A stretch of DNA of 64,000 nucleotides from Octopus sinensis (GCF_006345805.1 NC_043006.1:39742001-39806000); one strand, 5' to 3'; shown: positions 27,850 through 41,048, numbered from the stretch's first letter. Made by a program: numbers and translations. Notes: generated from the letters alone by a model not told the origin.

Positions 27850-28137
27850 CAATTCTTTTTTATTGGCCACAAGGGCTGACACGCATGATTACATAAAGGG
27901 ACAAGACAGGACGAAAGGTTACAAAGGGTTTTGCCGTTTTTTTTTTTTTTAAAACATCGAGTAAAAATCTTTATAACAACTTATAAAATTCAACAATGAA
28001 AAACTCCCAAAAGGGGGAGACGTCTCGAAAGGTTCCTGGTGGAAAAAACCCTACAAAAGCCAACGGGAGCCTGGTCAAAAAAAGGGGGTGTAGAGAGTCC
28101 CCTTTCTTCTCCTTTTACATTACCTTTTTCTTTGAAA

Positions 28138-31100
28138 TCACAGGCGAAACCTGAGAACTGGTCCATTTATACAGGCCAGTCTCGCACAATTCACCCACCT
28201 TTCATAAAACTTGCTATCGGACAGCACTTTCCTCTCTAACCTCATCTTCCTTTTCAAGTGAAACTTGAAAAAGTTGATGAGGCCTTGACCAAAGAGGAAA
28301 GTGTCTGACTTTAGCCCTTTCAAACGAGTCCACCACACGACTTCTTTCGCCACCGCCACAAGGCACAAGAAAACGGCCTCGCCCTCCTTGTTAAAGGAGG
28401 TCGGCGGGGCAATCTTCACTATGGATTCGGCCGATAGTCGGATCCGTCCTACACGTGACAGTAGCTGTTCGACATAAACCCATATTTCAGCAATACTCGG
28501 GCACTGGACGAGTGCGTGCAGAACGGTTTCGTCGTCCTGGCAACACCTCGGGCAGGCCCGGCTGACGGCACTTCCGTGCCGGTAGAGTTTATCTCGAACA
28601 GGCAGAGCCCCTCGGTAGCACTGCCAGGCGAGAGACCTCTGGAAATTATCCATCGGCCCCGGCCCGAAAGTCCTCCCGAACAGACCGCTCAGTTCGTCGT
28701 CTTCAACGCCTAGAGTTTCCCCGAGAACGTCGTCGCATTTTTCCTCCACTAACCCTCTATAGAACGCTAGAGTGGAGCTGTAACCGACCGCATTGCCCGC
28801 CTGGTGGAGGGCGGAGAGGGCTTGACGGCACTCGAGGTGCCAAGCGCCCTTTCTCGGTCTACGTTTGATCCAGGTCTGCAGCTCCGTCAAAGAGACGAGC
28901 TGCGGAAAATCGCGTCTGACAAAAGACGACCACACCTGTTCACCGTCTAGGAAGCGCTTGAGATGCCGCAGCCTGAGCGCATGTCTGCGCAACAGCAACC
29001 ACGGCATTCCAAGGCCTCCGTTCAGCGGTCGTTGACAGCAGATGGATCGCCTGACCAGTGGCACCTGACCCTTCCACAAAAAGTCGAAGAGCAGGCGTAC
29101 CAGCTTGGCCAACCAGCGGTCGGGACAAGGGACGACGGTCAAGCGGTAATAGATGACGGATGCGATGTACGCATTCGCCACCTCCGCTCGACCTTTCAGG
29201 GACAGCTTCCTCTCGGCCCATTTCTGGGTGAGACGTGCCACCCTGCTCGTCACCTCTTCCCAGTTCTTATCCACCTGGAGGTCCGGACCGAACCAGACCC
29301 CGAGCAGTTTAACGGGTCCGTCTGTCCAGCGCCCTACGACGCTGTTGGACGGCATGGGCTTGCCTCTCCAGGTGCCCAGTTGCAAGCCCACAGACTTTTC
29401 CGCGTTAATCTTTGCCCCTGTCACCGCTTCGTACTGGTTTAGCGTCTCGCCAATCAGGCCAATGTGCCTGTGGCTCGACACCACCACGGTGACGTCGTCG
29501 GCATAAGCAGACACGCTGTTTCCGCCTCCTAGATCGCGCGGGATGCCCCTCAAAGCCTCCAACTTGCGCAGTAATGGCTCGAGAGTCAAAATGTACAAGA
29601 GGGAGGAGAGAGGGCATCCTTGGCGGACCGAACGCGAGATGTCAAACGGTTCCGAAAGGTGACCGTTCACCCGTATCACCGAGCAGATGTTGCTGTATAA
29701 AGCAGCGATCCACCCGCGGAAGACTGGACCGAAGCCGGCTGCCTTGAGGACAGCTGCCAGGTACCGATGGTCGACCCTATCGAAGGCTTTACTCTGATCC
29801 AAGTTGATCAAAGCCCCCCCGCGCCAGCGTCGTTACCCACCCTCTCTATGATGTAGCGCATGAGATGGAGGTTGTCGTGTATCGACCTGGTCGGCACGGC
29901 GCATGTCTGCGTCCCGCCGACCAGCTTGTCCACGACAAGCGCCAATCTCTTGGCTAGCACCTTGGCCAAAATCTTCAACTCTGCATTGAGCAGAGTGATG
30001 GGCCGGAAATTCCCTATAACGTCCCCCTTGTTTGGGTCCTTCTTTAGCAAAGCCACCACCCCTCGACAGACAAAAGCAGGAATTCTCCCGTTTTGCTGCC
30101 AGTTGCAGTAGACGTTTGCCAACAGGTCCGCAAACAAGTCTGGCATTGAAAAGTAAAGCTCGTAGGCCAGACCATCCAAACCCGGCGATCTACCTCTCGT
30201 GCAACTCTTCATCGCTTCCTGTACTTCCCAGGCAGATATCGGTCCTTCGCAGCACTCTGCCTCGCTGTCCGAGAGTTGCGGCAGTCCGTCCAGGTACACA
30301 CCGAAGTCTGTACCGTTGGTGTCCGTTCCACCGCTCGTCCCAAACAGTTGAGCAAAGTGCCGCTGAAGCACCGTACACATCTGCTTCGGTTGGGTAACCT
30401 CGCGCCCGTTCTGGTCCACCAAAGACCGAATGGTTGCTCTGTTGCCTCGCTTCGCCTCCGCCACGCGGGCCCATCGAGCGGCTCTAGTCCCCTCCCCGCT
30501 TAGCGAACGTGCCTTAGCTCTGACAACGCAGCCTTCGTGTTTGGCGTCGAAGTGTTGGTCGAGGGCCAACCTTGCCGCCAACACGTCGGTCGCGATGCCA
30601 GTGTCAAGAGCCTCGTCTAGTTTCTTAACTAAATCCCGCTCTCTCTTCCTACGTTCAATAGCTAGAGTCTTACTATACCTAATCGACTCTACTCTAATTG
30701 CTCTCTTGAGGGCAAACCACCAGTTGTTGTTGATGATTGCCCCCGTGAGCGCCCGCTTAACTAGTAAACTAATCCGGTCTCTGTAAGCTTTGCACGCCGT
30801 TAACGACGCGTTCAGCTTCCAGTAGCCGGGTCCCTGTCTATGTAGCCTATCTAAGTCGACCGTACAGATCACTAATTTGTGGTCCGTATATTCGACTAGG
30901 TGGAATTGTGGACCCCCTACGCTGTCCTTATCCGCTGGCCTACAAAACACTCTATCTAAGTAATCTAGACGACCCGATGCGGTTTGTCCAAGTCCACATT
31001 GGCACATTCGGGTTGTCTAGTCGAAACCTGTCGGACAGCTGAAAGCGGCCGAGTAGGTTGGCGAGGTTCTTGCACCCTCCCCCTCTCCTATCAGACGCTC

Positions 31101-31567
31101 CCCTGCCCACCCGATCGAAACGTTCGTCTAAGACAGCGTTCCAATCCCCAACTAGTACTAGAGTGCGTGACGTTCCCAGGAAAACCTCCAGACGTTTGAA
31201 ATAATCCGACTGCCCTGCTCCTGTCGGAGCGTAGGCAGCCAGCAGTCTGAAAGCACCGCCGTCACTACCGTCGACGTCGAGGACCACCAACTTACCTTCC
31301 GGATCCAAGAAGACTGTCCTTATTTTCAGGTCCAGGCCCTTCCGAAACAACACCGCAGTACCACCACCGCCCGCTCCCGGCCGACACGGAGATAGAAATA
31401 TCTCGTATCCGCCGAAAAGGGCTGCGAGTTCCTGCGGGTGGGAGAGCCTGGTTTCACTGATGGCTGCTACATCCACATCATGAAACCTCAGGTCGTTTAC
31501 AGGTGACCCTGTTTCCAAGGTGACCGAGGCCTCTCACATTCAAACAACCGATTCTAAGATTTGCCAT
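28138..31567 (-). pseudogene. Tx1 ORF2: AP endonuclease - reverse transcriptase - CCHC zinc finger, with three frameshifts
   Basis: ATG at 31567 gives MANLRIGCLNVRGL; ISET, GDWN, YLDRV, TDHK (APE); GYWKLN; SPGLDG, FRPITLLN, KAFDRVD, RQGCPLS, YADD (RT); CPRC-x8-H-x4-C. Frameshifts near 31520, 30980 and 29815. Confidence 0.9.
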
Positions 31568-31570
31568 GTT

Positions 31571-32384
31571 TCAAAAGTTAGTGGAAAAAAAGGAGAAAAA
31601 GGCTCTACTTACTGTTGTTGGTGGTGGGGGTGGCTCCCTTGTGCTTTTGCACGGGTGCTTCAATAATATTTTGTAAAGTTTCTGAGAGAAACTTTTCCCT
31701 AACGATCCCACATCGTTAGGGAATATTTGTTTTATTTCGTTGTAAACTGTTTTGTTTATTTTTATTGTGAGAATGTGTGCTGGTGGTGTGTTGTGTGTAG
31801 GTATTATGAAATCTGTAATGTTTGTGCTTGTTTTGTTTTTCAAATACTCAACCAGTTCCTGGTTTCTTGTATTCACTGCTGTAATCATGTCTGTAATTGT
31901 GTCTGTGTTTGTTTGTGTCTGTGGTAGTGGCGTAGTGGTGTCGAAAGTGTTGTTGTTGTTGTTTGTTGTTGTGAGTGTGTGTTGTGTTGATGTTGTTGTT
32001 GATGTTGGGAAGTACTATTTGTTCGTGCTTCCCCTGTAAAACTTTTTGTTTTTTCCTCCTTTTCTTTTTGGAGGTACTATGTTCCATTCTCCTTTGTTGG
32101 AATCAGAGCTCGCACATCCGAGATCTCTTCATCCGGCAAAGGAATGGTTGAGGGGTCTGCTTCAGTAGCAGGACGAAAGTTTTCTGGTTCCGCCGTATCG
32201 GTGGTGCCGCTGCTCCTGTTACTGTTGATGTCGCTGCTGTCGACCTTCGAGGTACTGGTGTCGGTGTTGGTTTGGTGGTGGTTGTCGGTGTTGGTTTGGT
32301 GGTGGTTGTTGTTGGAGGTGGTGTTGTTCGTCTTGGTGCTGGTGTTGGTGATGGTGTTGGTGGTGTGGCAGCCTTTGGTGTTTA
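31571..32384 (-). pseudogene. Tx1 ORF1 C-terminal part (Thr/Asn-rich, low complexity), frameshifted
   Basis: Stop TGA ends 3 nt before the ORF2 ATG; fragments 31571-31888 and 31848-32087; identity rests on position only. Confidence 0.55.
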
Positions 32385-32691
32385 ATAATAATAATAATAT
32401 TACAGAGTAAATCCAAACTTACAGGGGAAAAATTAGATTTAGGATTAAATCTAATTTTACAGTATAAATATATATATATATTAAATTAGAGATAAAACCA
32501 CTATTAGGCAAATCAAACAGTGAAAAACATAAACCAAAACATAGAAATAAAATTAATTAATATAATATACAAAATATATAAAATATAAAATTCAAACTTT
32601 AAATTTAAATAACTTAAATAACTTAAAGTCAAAATTTTAAAAGATTTTTAAATTATTAATTTATACTTATAAATTTATATATATATATATA

Positions 32692-32810
32692 TAGCTCCGC
32701 TCAAAACGTTAAACTTCTTTCCTGAGCGTCAATAATACTTTAATTGTTCCACGTCCTGCGTTGCTGTGTTTTTTTCTCTTTTTTTCTGTGTTTTCTTGTT
32801 TGGATTAACT
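32692..32810 (+). mobile_element. Penelope-like terminal fragment (family of 41635 and 51420)
   Basis: AGCTCCGCTCAAAACGTTAAAC...TTCCTGAGCGTCAATAATAC resembles the reverse complement of 41680-41735. Confidence 0.45.
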
Positions 32811-33659
32811 ATATATATATATTTTATTATTTTTATTATTATTATTATTTTTTTTTTTTTATTAAATATATATAACTATCAAAAAGTATTAAAAAGTTTA
32901 ATATCAGATAAAAAGATAAAACATATATATTTGTGATATCTATTGCATTAATGTGTCCCCAACCCCGCCGCCAAATTCTCTTGTCGATATAGCTAGCTTT
33001 CAGACCTGCATTGCTGACCTGTTACAAATATGAACATTTTCCTACGTAACCCTTTATTGTGCAAAGAGTTCTACTAAAACACTCGGCAATCCAGCTGTGC
33101 TTAGATTTTTCATACATTTTCCCATTCATATATAGATTGAAGATTCTATAACTTAGCCTGGTTAATCAAGCTATCTTTGTTTTTCACACTCAAATTCAGT
33201 TGCACGTGCAATAATTCCAATTTTAAATTCAAATTTTATCTCTAACATTAATTTTATTCCGTTTGGATTCCCTTTCTTATCTGCCTTTATTTTCATTTTA
33301 ATCCGACGTGGGATGCCTTACGTAATTGTATTAATTAATTAATTTTATCTATGTATTTCACTTTGAAAATTTTTGCTTACTTACCTAATACCTTGACACA
33401 AGAAACTCTTTCATTCATACATGCACTTTTGCACCTACGCATTTCTAGCATCAAGATGTACATGTTTCTAACCAAATATTACATTGTTATTCCACGCATT
33501 TGCGTTTGTGAGGGCTTCTATTTATACGTATACTCGAGTAGGTTTATGTGCATGTATAACCATGACTGTATACCTGCATATATAGGGTGATGGAAAAGTA
33601 GACTCCCTATTTCAAAACACTTATAAATTATTTGTCGTTGTCGTAACCGACGGAGTGCC

Positions 33660-33892
33660 AAGCGGTGAGCTGGCAGAAACCTTAGCATGCCGGGCGAGAT
33701 GCGTAGCCGTATTTCGTCTGCCGTTACGTTCTGAGTTCAAATTCCGCCGAGGTTGACATTGCCTTTCATCCTTTCGGGGTCGATAAATTAAGTACCAGTT
33801 ACGCACTGGGATCGATCTAATCGACTTAATCCGTTTGTCTGTCCTTGTTTGTCCCCTCTGTGTTTAGCCCCTTGTGGGTAGTAAAGAAATAG
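33660..33892 (+). mobile_element. Meta-domain SINE family D, single unit ending in the Tx1-like tail
   Basis: Head + Meta domain + ...CCCCTTGTGGGTAGTAAAGAAATAG. Confidence 0.85.
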
Positions 33893-34070
33893 ATATATAT
33901 TTACACACTCACACTCATACACACATACACACACACATACACATTGTATAAAGGATCGAGCATAAGGCCAAAGCAATGCGAACTAAATGCAAGGTAAATC
34001 ACAGTTTTTTTTTGTGATTTACCATGCATTTACTTCGCATGGCTTAGGCCTTACCCACGATCCTTCATAC

Positions 34071-34107
<37 letters not shown>

Positions 34108-34119
34108 ACACACACATAC

Positions 34120-34273
34120 AGTTACATGTACAACTTATTTTTACCAGCCGAATGGATTGGAGCAACGTGAAACAAAGTGCCTTGGTTGAGGACCCAACGT
34201 GCCGCCGAGAAACGAATTCACTAATTACGATCATGAGCCAAATACCCCTAACCACTAAACCATGTGCCTTCAC
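34120..34273 (-). mobile_element. SINE family C head fragment
   Basis: GTGAAGGCACATGGTTTAGTGGTTAG on the reverse strand. Confidence 0.7.
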
Positions 34274-35344
34274 ACACACATACACGCACATATACACACA
34301 CCCACATATATATGTATATCTATATATATGCACATATACATACGTACGTATATAGAGGTTCCTTTAAATTAGGTACTTAAATTGAGGAAGTCCGCACACC
34401 CCAACAATATAAGTAGGATATCAAGACTCCGTTTAGGGGTGTTTGTATCTAATATTCCTATCGTGTGAACAGACAACACAACCCAGCTAAATGAAGATAT
34501 CGGCTCTTGTTAATTCAGGCATGCACTATTTATATAAAGATCCTTTGTATAGTATTTCCGAAGTGCAGATTCCAGGTTACGTGAACAGAATATAAATAAG
34601 TAACAAATATGTACAGGTGCCAATATATTACGGCCGTTTCAAGTGGTTCCAGTTATTTGATTAATGAAAACATTACATGAATTTGCTCTCTTCAGATAAC
34701 TATATAGATTTGGAACATAAAGGATAAACCAATTTTAAACAAATTTACATCAGTAATAGAAACCAAAATAGTTACATTGCTTCCTTATGTTATATTTGTG
34801 GCAGAATGAATTTAAAGAATATCTATATCTTATTAAGCCTACTATAATTTGCGTTGCGCTTCCACAGTTTCCCTCAAAGAAATTCAATAAAAAAGCACTG
34901 GTCGCCTGTTGTCTATGATAGAAGACACATGCTGCCGCGTAGTTGATTAAACCAGAAAAAAAAAAGAAAGTGAGCTTCTTAACCACATAGCTCTGCCTGT
35001 GGAGAATGAAAGGTTGCCATCTTTTGAGACTTATGCATCAACAAGACCTCTACATGTTAAAGTTACGTATCTTTAGGTATGTCTCCAATCACCTAGGTTT
35101 TCTACCCTGACTTTCTTTTCGCTTTCAGCCTTCCTTATTTATATTAGTAATTTTTTTCTTGCTCATTGGTTCTAAAGGCTTTAAAGATGAAAGCAACAAA
35201 TTTGCCAACTTGGATAAGAATAAAAGCACATATCTAAGACACTACGCGTAGCATACTGAATCCAATATTTATTCATGTTACCAGTTGCAACCACAAACGA
35301 AAGCGTCCTAAGATGTATTTATAAGTATGCTTATATGCATGAAA

Positions 35345-35430
<86 letters not shown>

Positions 35431-35454
35431 TAATAATGATAATATTAATAATAA

Positions 35455-35499
<45 letters not shown>

Positions 35500-35559
35500 T
35501 AATAATAATAATAATAAAAATAATAATAATATATGCATATATACATGCATATGTGTAAT

Positions 35560-35674
<115 letters not shown>

Positions 35675-35771
35675 TAAGTCGGCACAGGACGTCACGAAGC
35701 GTTTACAACAAAAATGTACGAAGTACGGGTACATGGAATATGAACTATTTTTTCGAACTATTATATATATG

Positions 35772-38700
35772 GTTGGTGGCATCCTTTTTGTCTCAGGAGA
35801 CAATGGAGTTGCACATAAAATAGTCTAGTCCGGCTTTTACATTTCATGTCCTGATACATTTCGTGCTGTGGCTGTGTAGTCCTATGCTGGACAAACACTC
35901 CCACTGGCAGGTACCGCAAATGTAGCGAAGACTGTTCCTAGCTAGTTGTAATGCCATAGTTTCTTGTTGACGTCTTTTCTTGTCTTTCCATTTCTCCTCC
36001 CTCTCTCTCTGTCACTCCTTTGTATTCCCTCTTTTACGGTACGTCGCCAATCTCCACGGTTGCCGGCAACTGCCTCCCACCGCTAATATTGATGTTGCAG
36101 GCCTTCATGTCCCTTTTGCAAACATCCTTGTAACGTAAGAACGGTCTACCCACAGACCTAGTACACTTAGCAAGCTCTCCGTAGAGTATGTCCTTGAGGA
36201 TTCTGCCATCTTTCATACGGCTAACATGCCCAAGCCATCTCATACGTCTTTGTGTGAGGAGTGCAAACATGCTTGGTATTCCTGCTTGCTTGAGGACATC
36301 TTTATTGGGGATATGATTCTGCCATTTGATGCGGAGGATTTTCCGGAGGCAGCGCAGGTGAAAGATGTTTAGGCGACGCTCTTGGCGTGTGTATAGCGTC
36401 CAAGTCTCACTTCCATACAGTAGAGTGCTAAGTATACATGCCTGGTAGATCATTTTCGTAGTCTTGGTCAGCTTATTGTTGCCCCACGCCCGTTTGGAGA
36501 GTTGGGCCATCGCAGCAGCTGTCTTGCCAATGCGTATATTGAGCTCAGCGTCAAGGGATAGGTTGTAGGTGACGGTAGAGCCAAGATAGGTAAACTTCTC
36601 CACCTCTTGTAATCTGTGGTCTCCAATATGTATGTTTGGGATGTCCGATGTAGCCTGACCCATGATGTTAGTCTTCTTAAGGCTGATAGCTAAGCCAAAG
36701 TCGTTACATGCTTGCTCAAAACAGTTAATGAGCCTTTGGAGGGCTTCTTCTGTGTGTGATACCTGAGCGGCACCATCAGCAAATAACATCTCCTTGATCA
36801 GAACGTTTCTGATTTTGGTCTTGGCACGCAGGCGCGAGAGATTGAACGGTTTCATGTCACTTCTACTGTGCAGAAACCCTCCATCATCTGATGTCTGAAA
36901 GGCATGTGAGAGTAAGAGCGAGAAGAAGATGCCAAATAATGTAGGAGCGAGGACACAACCATGCTTTACCCCGTTTTTTATTTGGAAGGCGGCTGATGTT
37001 GAACCATTGTGCTGTATGGTGCCTTGCATATCATCATGGAAAGACTTGATGATCCTCAGCAGCTTTGGTGGACATCCAATTTTTTGGAGCAGGATGAAGA
37101 GGCCTGTTCTGCTTACCGAGTCAAAGGTCTTTGTTAGATCAATGAAGGCCATATATAGTGGCATTTTCTGCTCTCTGGACTTCTGAAGTTGGCGTATGGA
37201 GAATATCATATCGATAGTTGATCTGCTACTTCTAAAGCCACACTGCGATTACGGATAGATTCGAGAAGCAAGTAGTTGTAGCCTGGCCAGGATAACTCGG
37301 GCAAAGGTCTTTCCAACAGTGCTTAGAAGAGATATTCCACGGTAATTGTTACAATCACCACGGTCACCTTTGTTTTTGTAAAGCGTAATGATGTCAGCAT
37401 CCCGCATATCCTGAGGAACTGTACCCTCTTCCCAGCACTGACACAGAAGCTCATGAAGGTACCGAAGCAGGAAGGTGTTTTTGCCGGCTTTGATGATCTC
37501 TGAGGGGATGCCGTCTTTTCCCGGAGCCTTGTTTCTTGCTAGGGAGTCAATAGCCATTGTGAGCTCTGCTATAGATGGCGGACTGTCAAGTTCGCACATG
37601 ACTGGCAAGATCTTGACACTCTCGACTGCAGCCTCAGCCACTGTAGTCTCCCGTGAGTAGAGATCCTGGTAGTGCTCCACCCATCTATCCATTTGCTTGT
37701 TTTGACCCCTGATGAGATCTCCAGTAGTTGATTTCAGAGGGGCTGACTTGGTTGCGGATGGACCGAGGGCCTTCTTCAAACCGGCATACATCCCACGGGT
37801 ATCGCCCCCGTCAGCAGCTGACTGGATACTCTGACAGATTTCCTGCCAATACCTATTTGCACAACGTCTGGCTGTCAGTTGGGTTTTATTTCGTGCCTTT
37901 CTGAGTTCTTCGAGTGACTTTGTAGAAGAGTCACTCTTGTATTGCATCAGAGCTGCACGCTTTGCTTCGATAACTGGCTCCAGCTCTGAGAGCCCAGCAT
38001 TGAACCAATCTGGGTTTTGCCTTTCTCTCATGCCGAAAGTATCTATTGATGTCGTATACAAAGCTTCCCTGATATAGTTCCATCTACTTTCAGCAGAGGA
38101 GGTTGGGCAGCTAATGAGGGCAACCTTGATCGAAGCAGCAAAACATTTTCGCAGTGTAAGGTCCGAGGTTCTGGCAGTGTTAATGCGTGGTCGGCCCACT
38201 TTCTTGGAGCGATGGACCTTTTTAGGCAGAATCCTAACCCTACTTCTAAGTAGTGAGTGGTCTGTGTCACAATCCGCGCTGTGGTAACTGCGGGTCAATA
38301 GAATAGAATTCAGAAAAGATCTCCGTGTAATGATGAGATCCAGCTGATGCCAGTGGTGAGATCTTGGATGTCTCCAAGATGCCTTGTGGGATGGTTTGTT
38401 GGTAGAGAATGGGTTTGTGATGCACAGGTTATGGTATGTGCAGAATTCGAGTAGTCTCTGACCATTGTCATTCATGTTGCCAATACCAAAGTGTCCAACA
38501 CAAATGGGCCACGAATAATGGTCAGATCCCCCGCGAGCGTTAAAATCCCCTAGAAGGTAGATATTTTCAGTTGTTGGTATATTTTCTATGACACAGTTGA
38601 GATCTTTGTAGAACTGGTCCTTGGTCTCCTCTGAGCTGTAGAGAGTGGGAGCATAGATGCTGAGTAGATGTACTGAGCCAGAAAAGGTTGAGAGGCGCAG

Positions 38701-39180
38701 TGAGAGGATACGCTCAGTGCCTCCTGATGGTGGTTCTATTGAGGAGAGTAATGAGTTTCTCACTGCAAAGCCAACGCCATGTTGACGAGGTTCTTCTGGA
38801 TCTCTTCCCTGCCCTGCCAAAAGAAGGTGAAATCCTGTTCTTTGAGTTTGTCGTTTGAGGGAAGTCTTGTCTCCTGTAGCCCAGCAATGTTTATGTTGAG
38901 CCTCTTTAGTTCACGGTCAATGATGGCCGTTTTCCTTGTGTCTTCAACCCTGAGTAGATCATCAGATATTCCAGGGCACATGGTCCTGACATTCCAGCTT
39001 GCCAACCGCAGGACTGGTGGTTTCTTGTCTTTTAGTTGTTTACCCGGTGCAGAGGTTGCAGGCCGCTTTTCAAGTCATACTCTTAGCTCCAAGCACCCAA
39101 TAAAGCAGGCGGCCTGTGGCGGGTCAGCACCTTATTAACTGGGGGCTGCCCAGCTTGAGAGGGCAGTAGCTAACCAATAG
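35772..39180 (-). mobile_element. RTE-clade LINE, essentially full length (~3.4 kb), degenerate
   Basis: Single frameshifted ORF: SWNVRT, GLQETR, YAPT, GDFN, QLDLI, TDH (APE); APGKDG, YRGISLL, GVKHGCVLAP, LFADG (RT, second catalytic Asp mutated); C-terminal CGTC...HSHSTKC; short 3' UTR. Confidence 0.92.
35861..39060 (-). pseudogene. RTE endonuclease-reverse transcriptase ORF (broken)
   Basis: ORF pieces 38760-39005, 37249-38820 and 36034-37209, plus a C-terminal zinc-finger-like piece. Confidence 0.88.
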
Positions 39181-39330
39181 GACACATATAGACAGAGAGA
39201 GAGAGAGTGAGCTAGCTTTCGATTTTCCTTGTCCTCGATATTCGATGTTTACGTTGAAATAATTTGAACACTGCAACCTGTTTACTATACTGTGCATTTT
39301 TAGCTCTAACCTTATGATTGTATATATATA

Positions 39331-39365
<35 letters not shown>

Positions 39366-39503
39366 CGGAGATGTACTTGCATAGCAAGTGATTTGATCTG
39401 AGATCGTGTGCTGAAACGAAAGCAATTGCAGCGTGGAAGGTGTTTGTAAGCCATTTAAGAAACACACAAAAGCCGTTCGATTCACTTCAACATTTAAGTT
39501 TAA

Positions 39504-39554
39504 TTTGTCAAAATATTTTCGTCGCTTTAAGACCGTGACCTGTTCACTGACAAA
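39504..39554 (-). ncRNA. Minimal type I hammerhead ribozyme motif, G3:C8 core variant
   Basis: TTTGTCA-GTGAACA-G-GTCAC-ggtcttaaa-GCGAC-GAA-AATATT-T-TGACAAA: 7-bp stem I, stem II, palindromic stem III. Confidence 0.65.
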
Positions 39555-39592
39555 AATCCGATGCCGCACGATGCTCAGATGCACCACGGATC

Positions 39593-39643
39593 TTTGTCAG
39601 TGAATAGGTCGCGGTCTTAAAGCGACGAAAATATTTTGATAAA
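39593..39643 (+). ncRNA. Second copy of the G3 hammerhead motif (G3.U8)
   Basis: TTTGTCA-GTGAATA-G-GTCGC-ggtcttaaa-GCGAC-GAA-AATATT-T-TGATAAA. Confidence 0.55.
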
Positions 39644-39715
39644 TTAAACTTATATGTTGAAGTGAATCGAACGGCTTCTGTGTGTTTCTTAAATGGCTTA
39701 CAAACACCTTCCACA

Positions 39716-39789
<74 letters not shown>

Positions 39790-39792
39790 GTA

Positions 39793-39823
<31 letters not shown>

Positions 39824-40457
39824 ATGTATGTATGTATGTATGTATGTATGTATGTATGTATGTATATGCATATACACATAAATACAAACATGGATGCATA
39901 TGTGCTGTGAGTATCTTTGCATGTGTAAGAGAATTAGACTTCTTCTAGAAGACTATACTTTAAGATGTACAAAGAAGGCATCAAATAGTGAGGCTCAGCG
40001 GATTCTGTTATTGTATTGAACGAATAAGTTGAAACTCTTTCAGAAAGAGAAACTTGGAGCATGAGAGAAAGAGGAAGAGAAGAAAAGCAGAATACACACA
40101 GGGAGAGAGAAAGTGAGAAACGGTGAGTGACGTAAGAGAGTTAGTTAATATCATGCTTATGTAAATCGGGAAAATGAGCAAATATAAAAAATTGGTATTC
40201 GATATTCGGAAATTGTGACAGGATTTTATTATGTCAACGGAATATCGCATTAGAATCAACGTACAGCAGATAAAGGATATCTGATGTGATTTATTATCCC
40301 GCGTTCGCCTGTGTAAAAAATCTATACTAACTCCTTATATACGTAACCGCTGATTTCACTTTCATCTGTCGTCCTCCGGCTGAGAAAACTGTCGCAAATA
40401 TGCGCAGGAGATTACAACACTTCAAAATGTGCAAATTTCTCTAATGTGACAATAAAA

Positions 40458-40470
40458 ATTATTATTATTA

Positions 40471-40510
<40 letters not shown>

Positions 40511-40511
40511 G

Positions 40512-40555
<44 letters not shown>

Positions 40556-40695
40556 CATTATTATTATTATTATATGATTATAATTATTATTATTATTATT
40601 ATTTATTATTATTATTATCACTATTATTACTATTATTATCATTTAATAGCTTTGTCGTTGTTATTGTTGTTGTTGTTGTTGTTGTTGTTGCTGCT
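40458..40695. repeat. (ATT)n / (GTT)n microsatellites
   Basis: Direct reading. Confidence 0.9.
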
Positions 40696-40813
40696 GCACA
40701 TTAACTTTCAAAGACTTCGTTTATGAACATTCTCGATAGCAGTATCATCGTACTTTGTATTCAAACTGGTTCATACTGCAATCATCACCCTGCTTGACCT
40801 CACTCTGTTTGCC

Positions 40814-40889
<76 letters not shown>

Positions 40890-40898
40890 CTATATATA

Positions 40899-40940
<42 letters not shown>

Positions 40941-41048
40941 TATATATATATTATATGTATGTATGTTTGTCTGTGTTTTTAAGTTCATCAATCTGCAAAT
41001 TTATCTAATTAACCAACAACTAGAAACAGATCAATACATAACAATATC

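Larger units (their letters stand above)
27850..32384 (-). mobile_element. Tx1-clade (L1 group) LINE, 5'-truncated in ORF1, young
   Basis: Two-ORF layout, APE + RT + CCHC ORF2, 3' UTR ending AATAAA; much higher GC than its surroundings; (ATT)n at both ends. Confidence 0.9.
39362..39720. mobile_element. Penelope-like inverted-repeat insertion (arms 39427-39560 / 39587-39720)
   Basis: ~134-bp arms, 26-nt spacer, (TA)n at both outer ends; each arm carries a minimal hammerhead motif. Confidence 0.7.

Noticed and set aside
28516-31199. Plus-strand ORFs overlapping Tx1 ORF2
   Set aside because: Antisense shadows of a GC-rich coding region.
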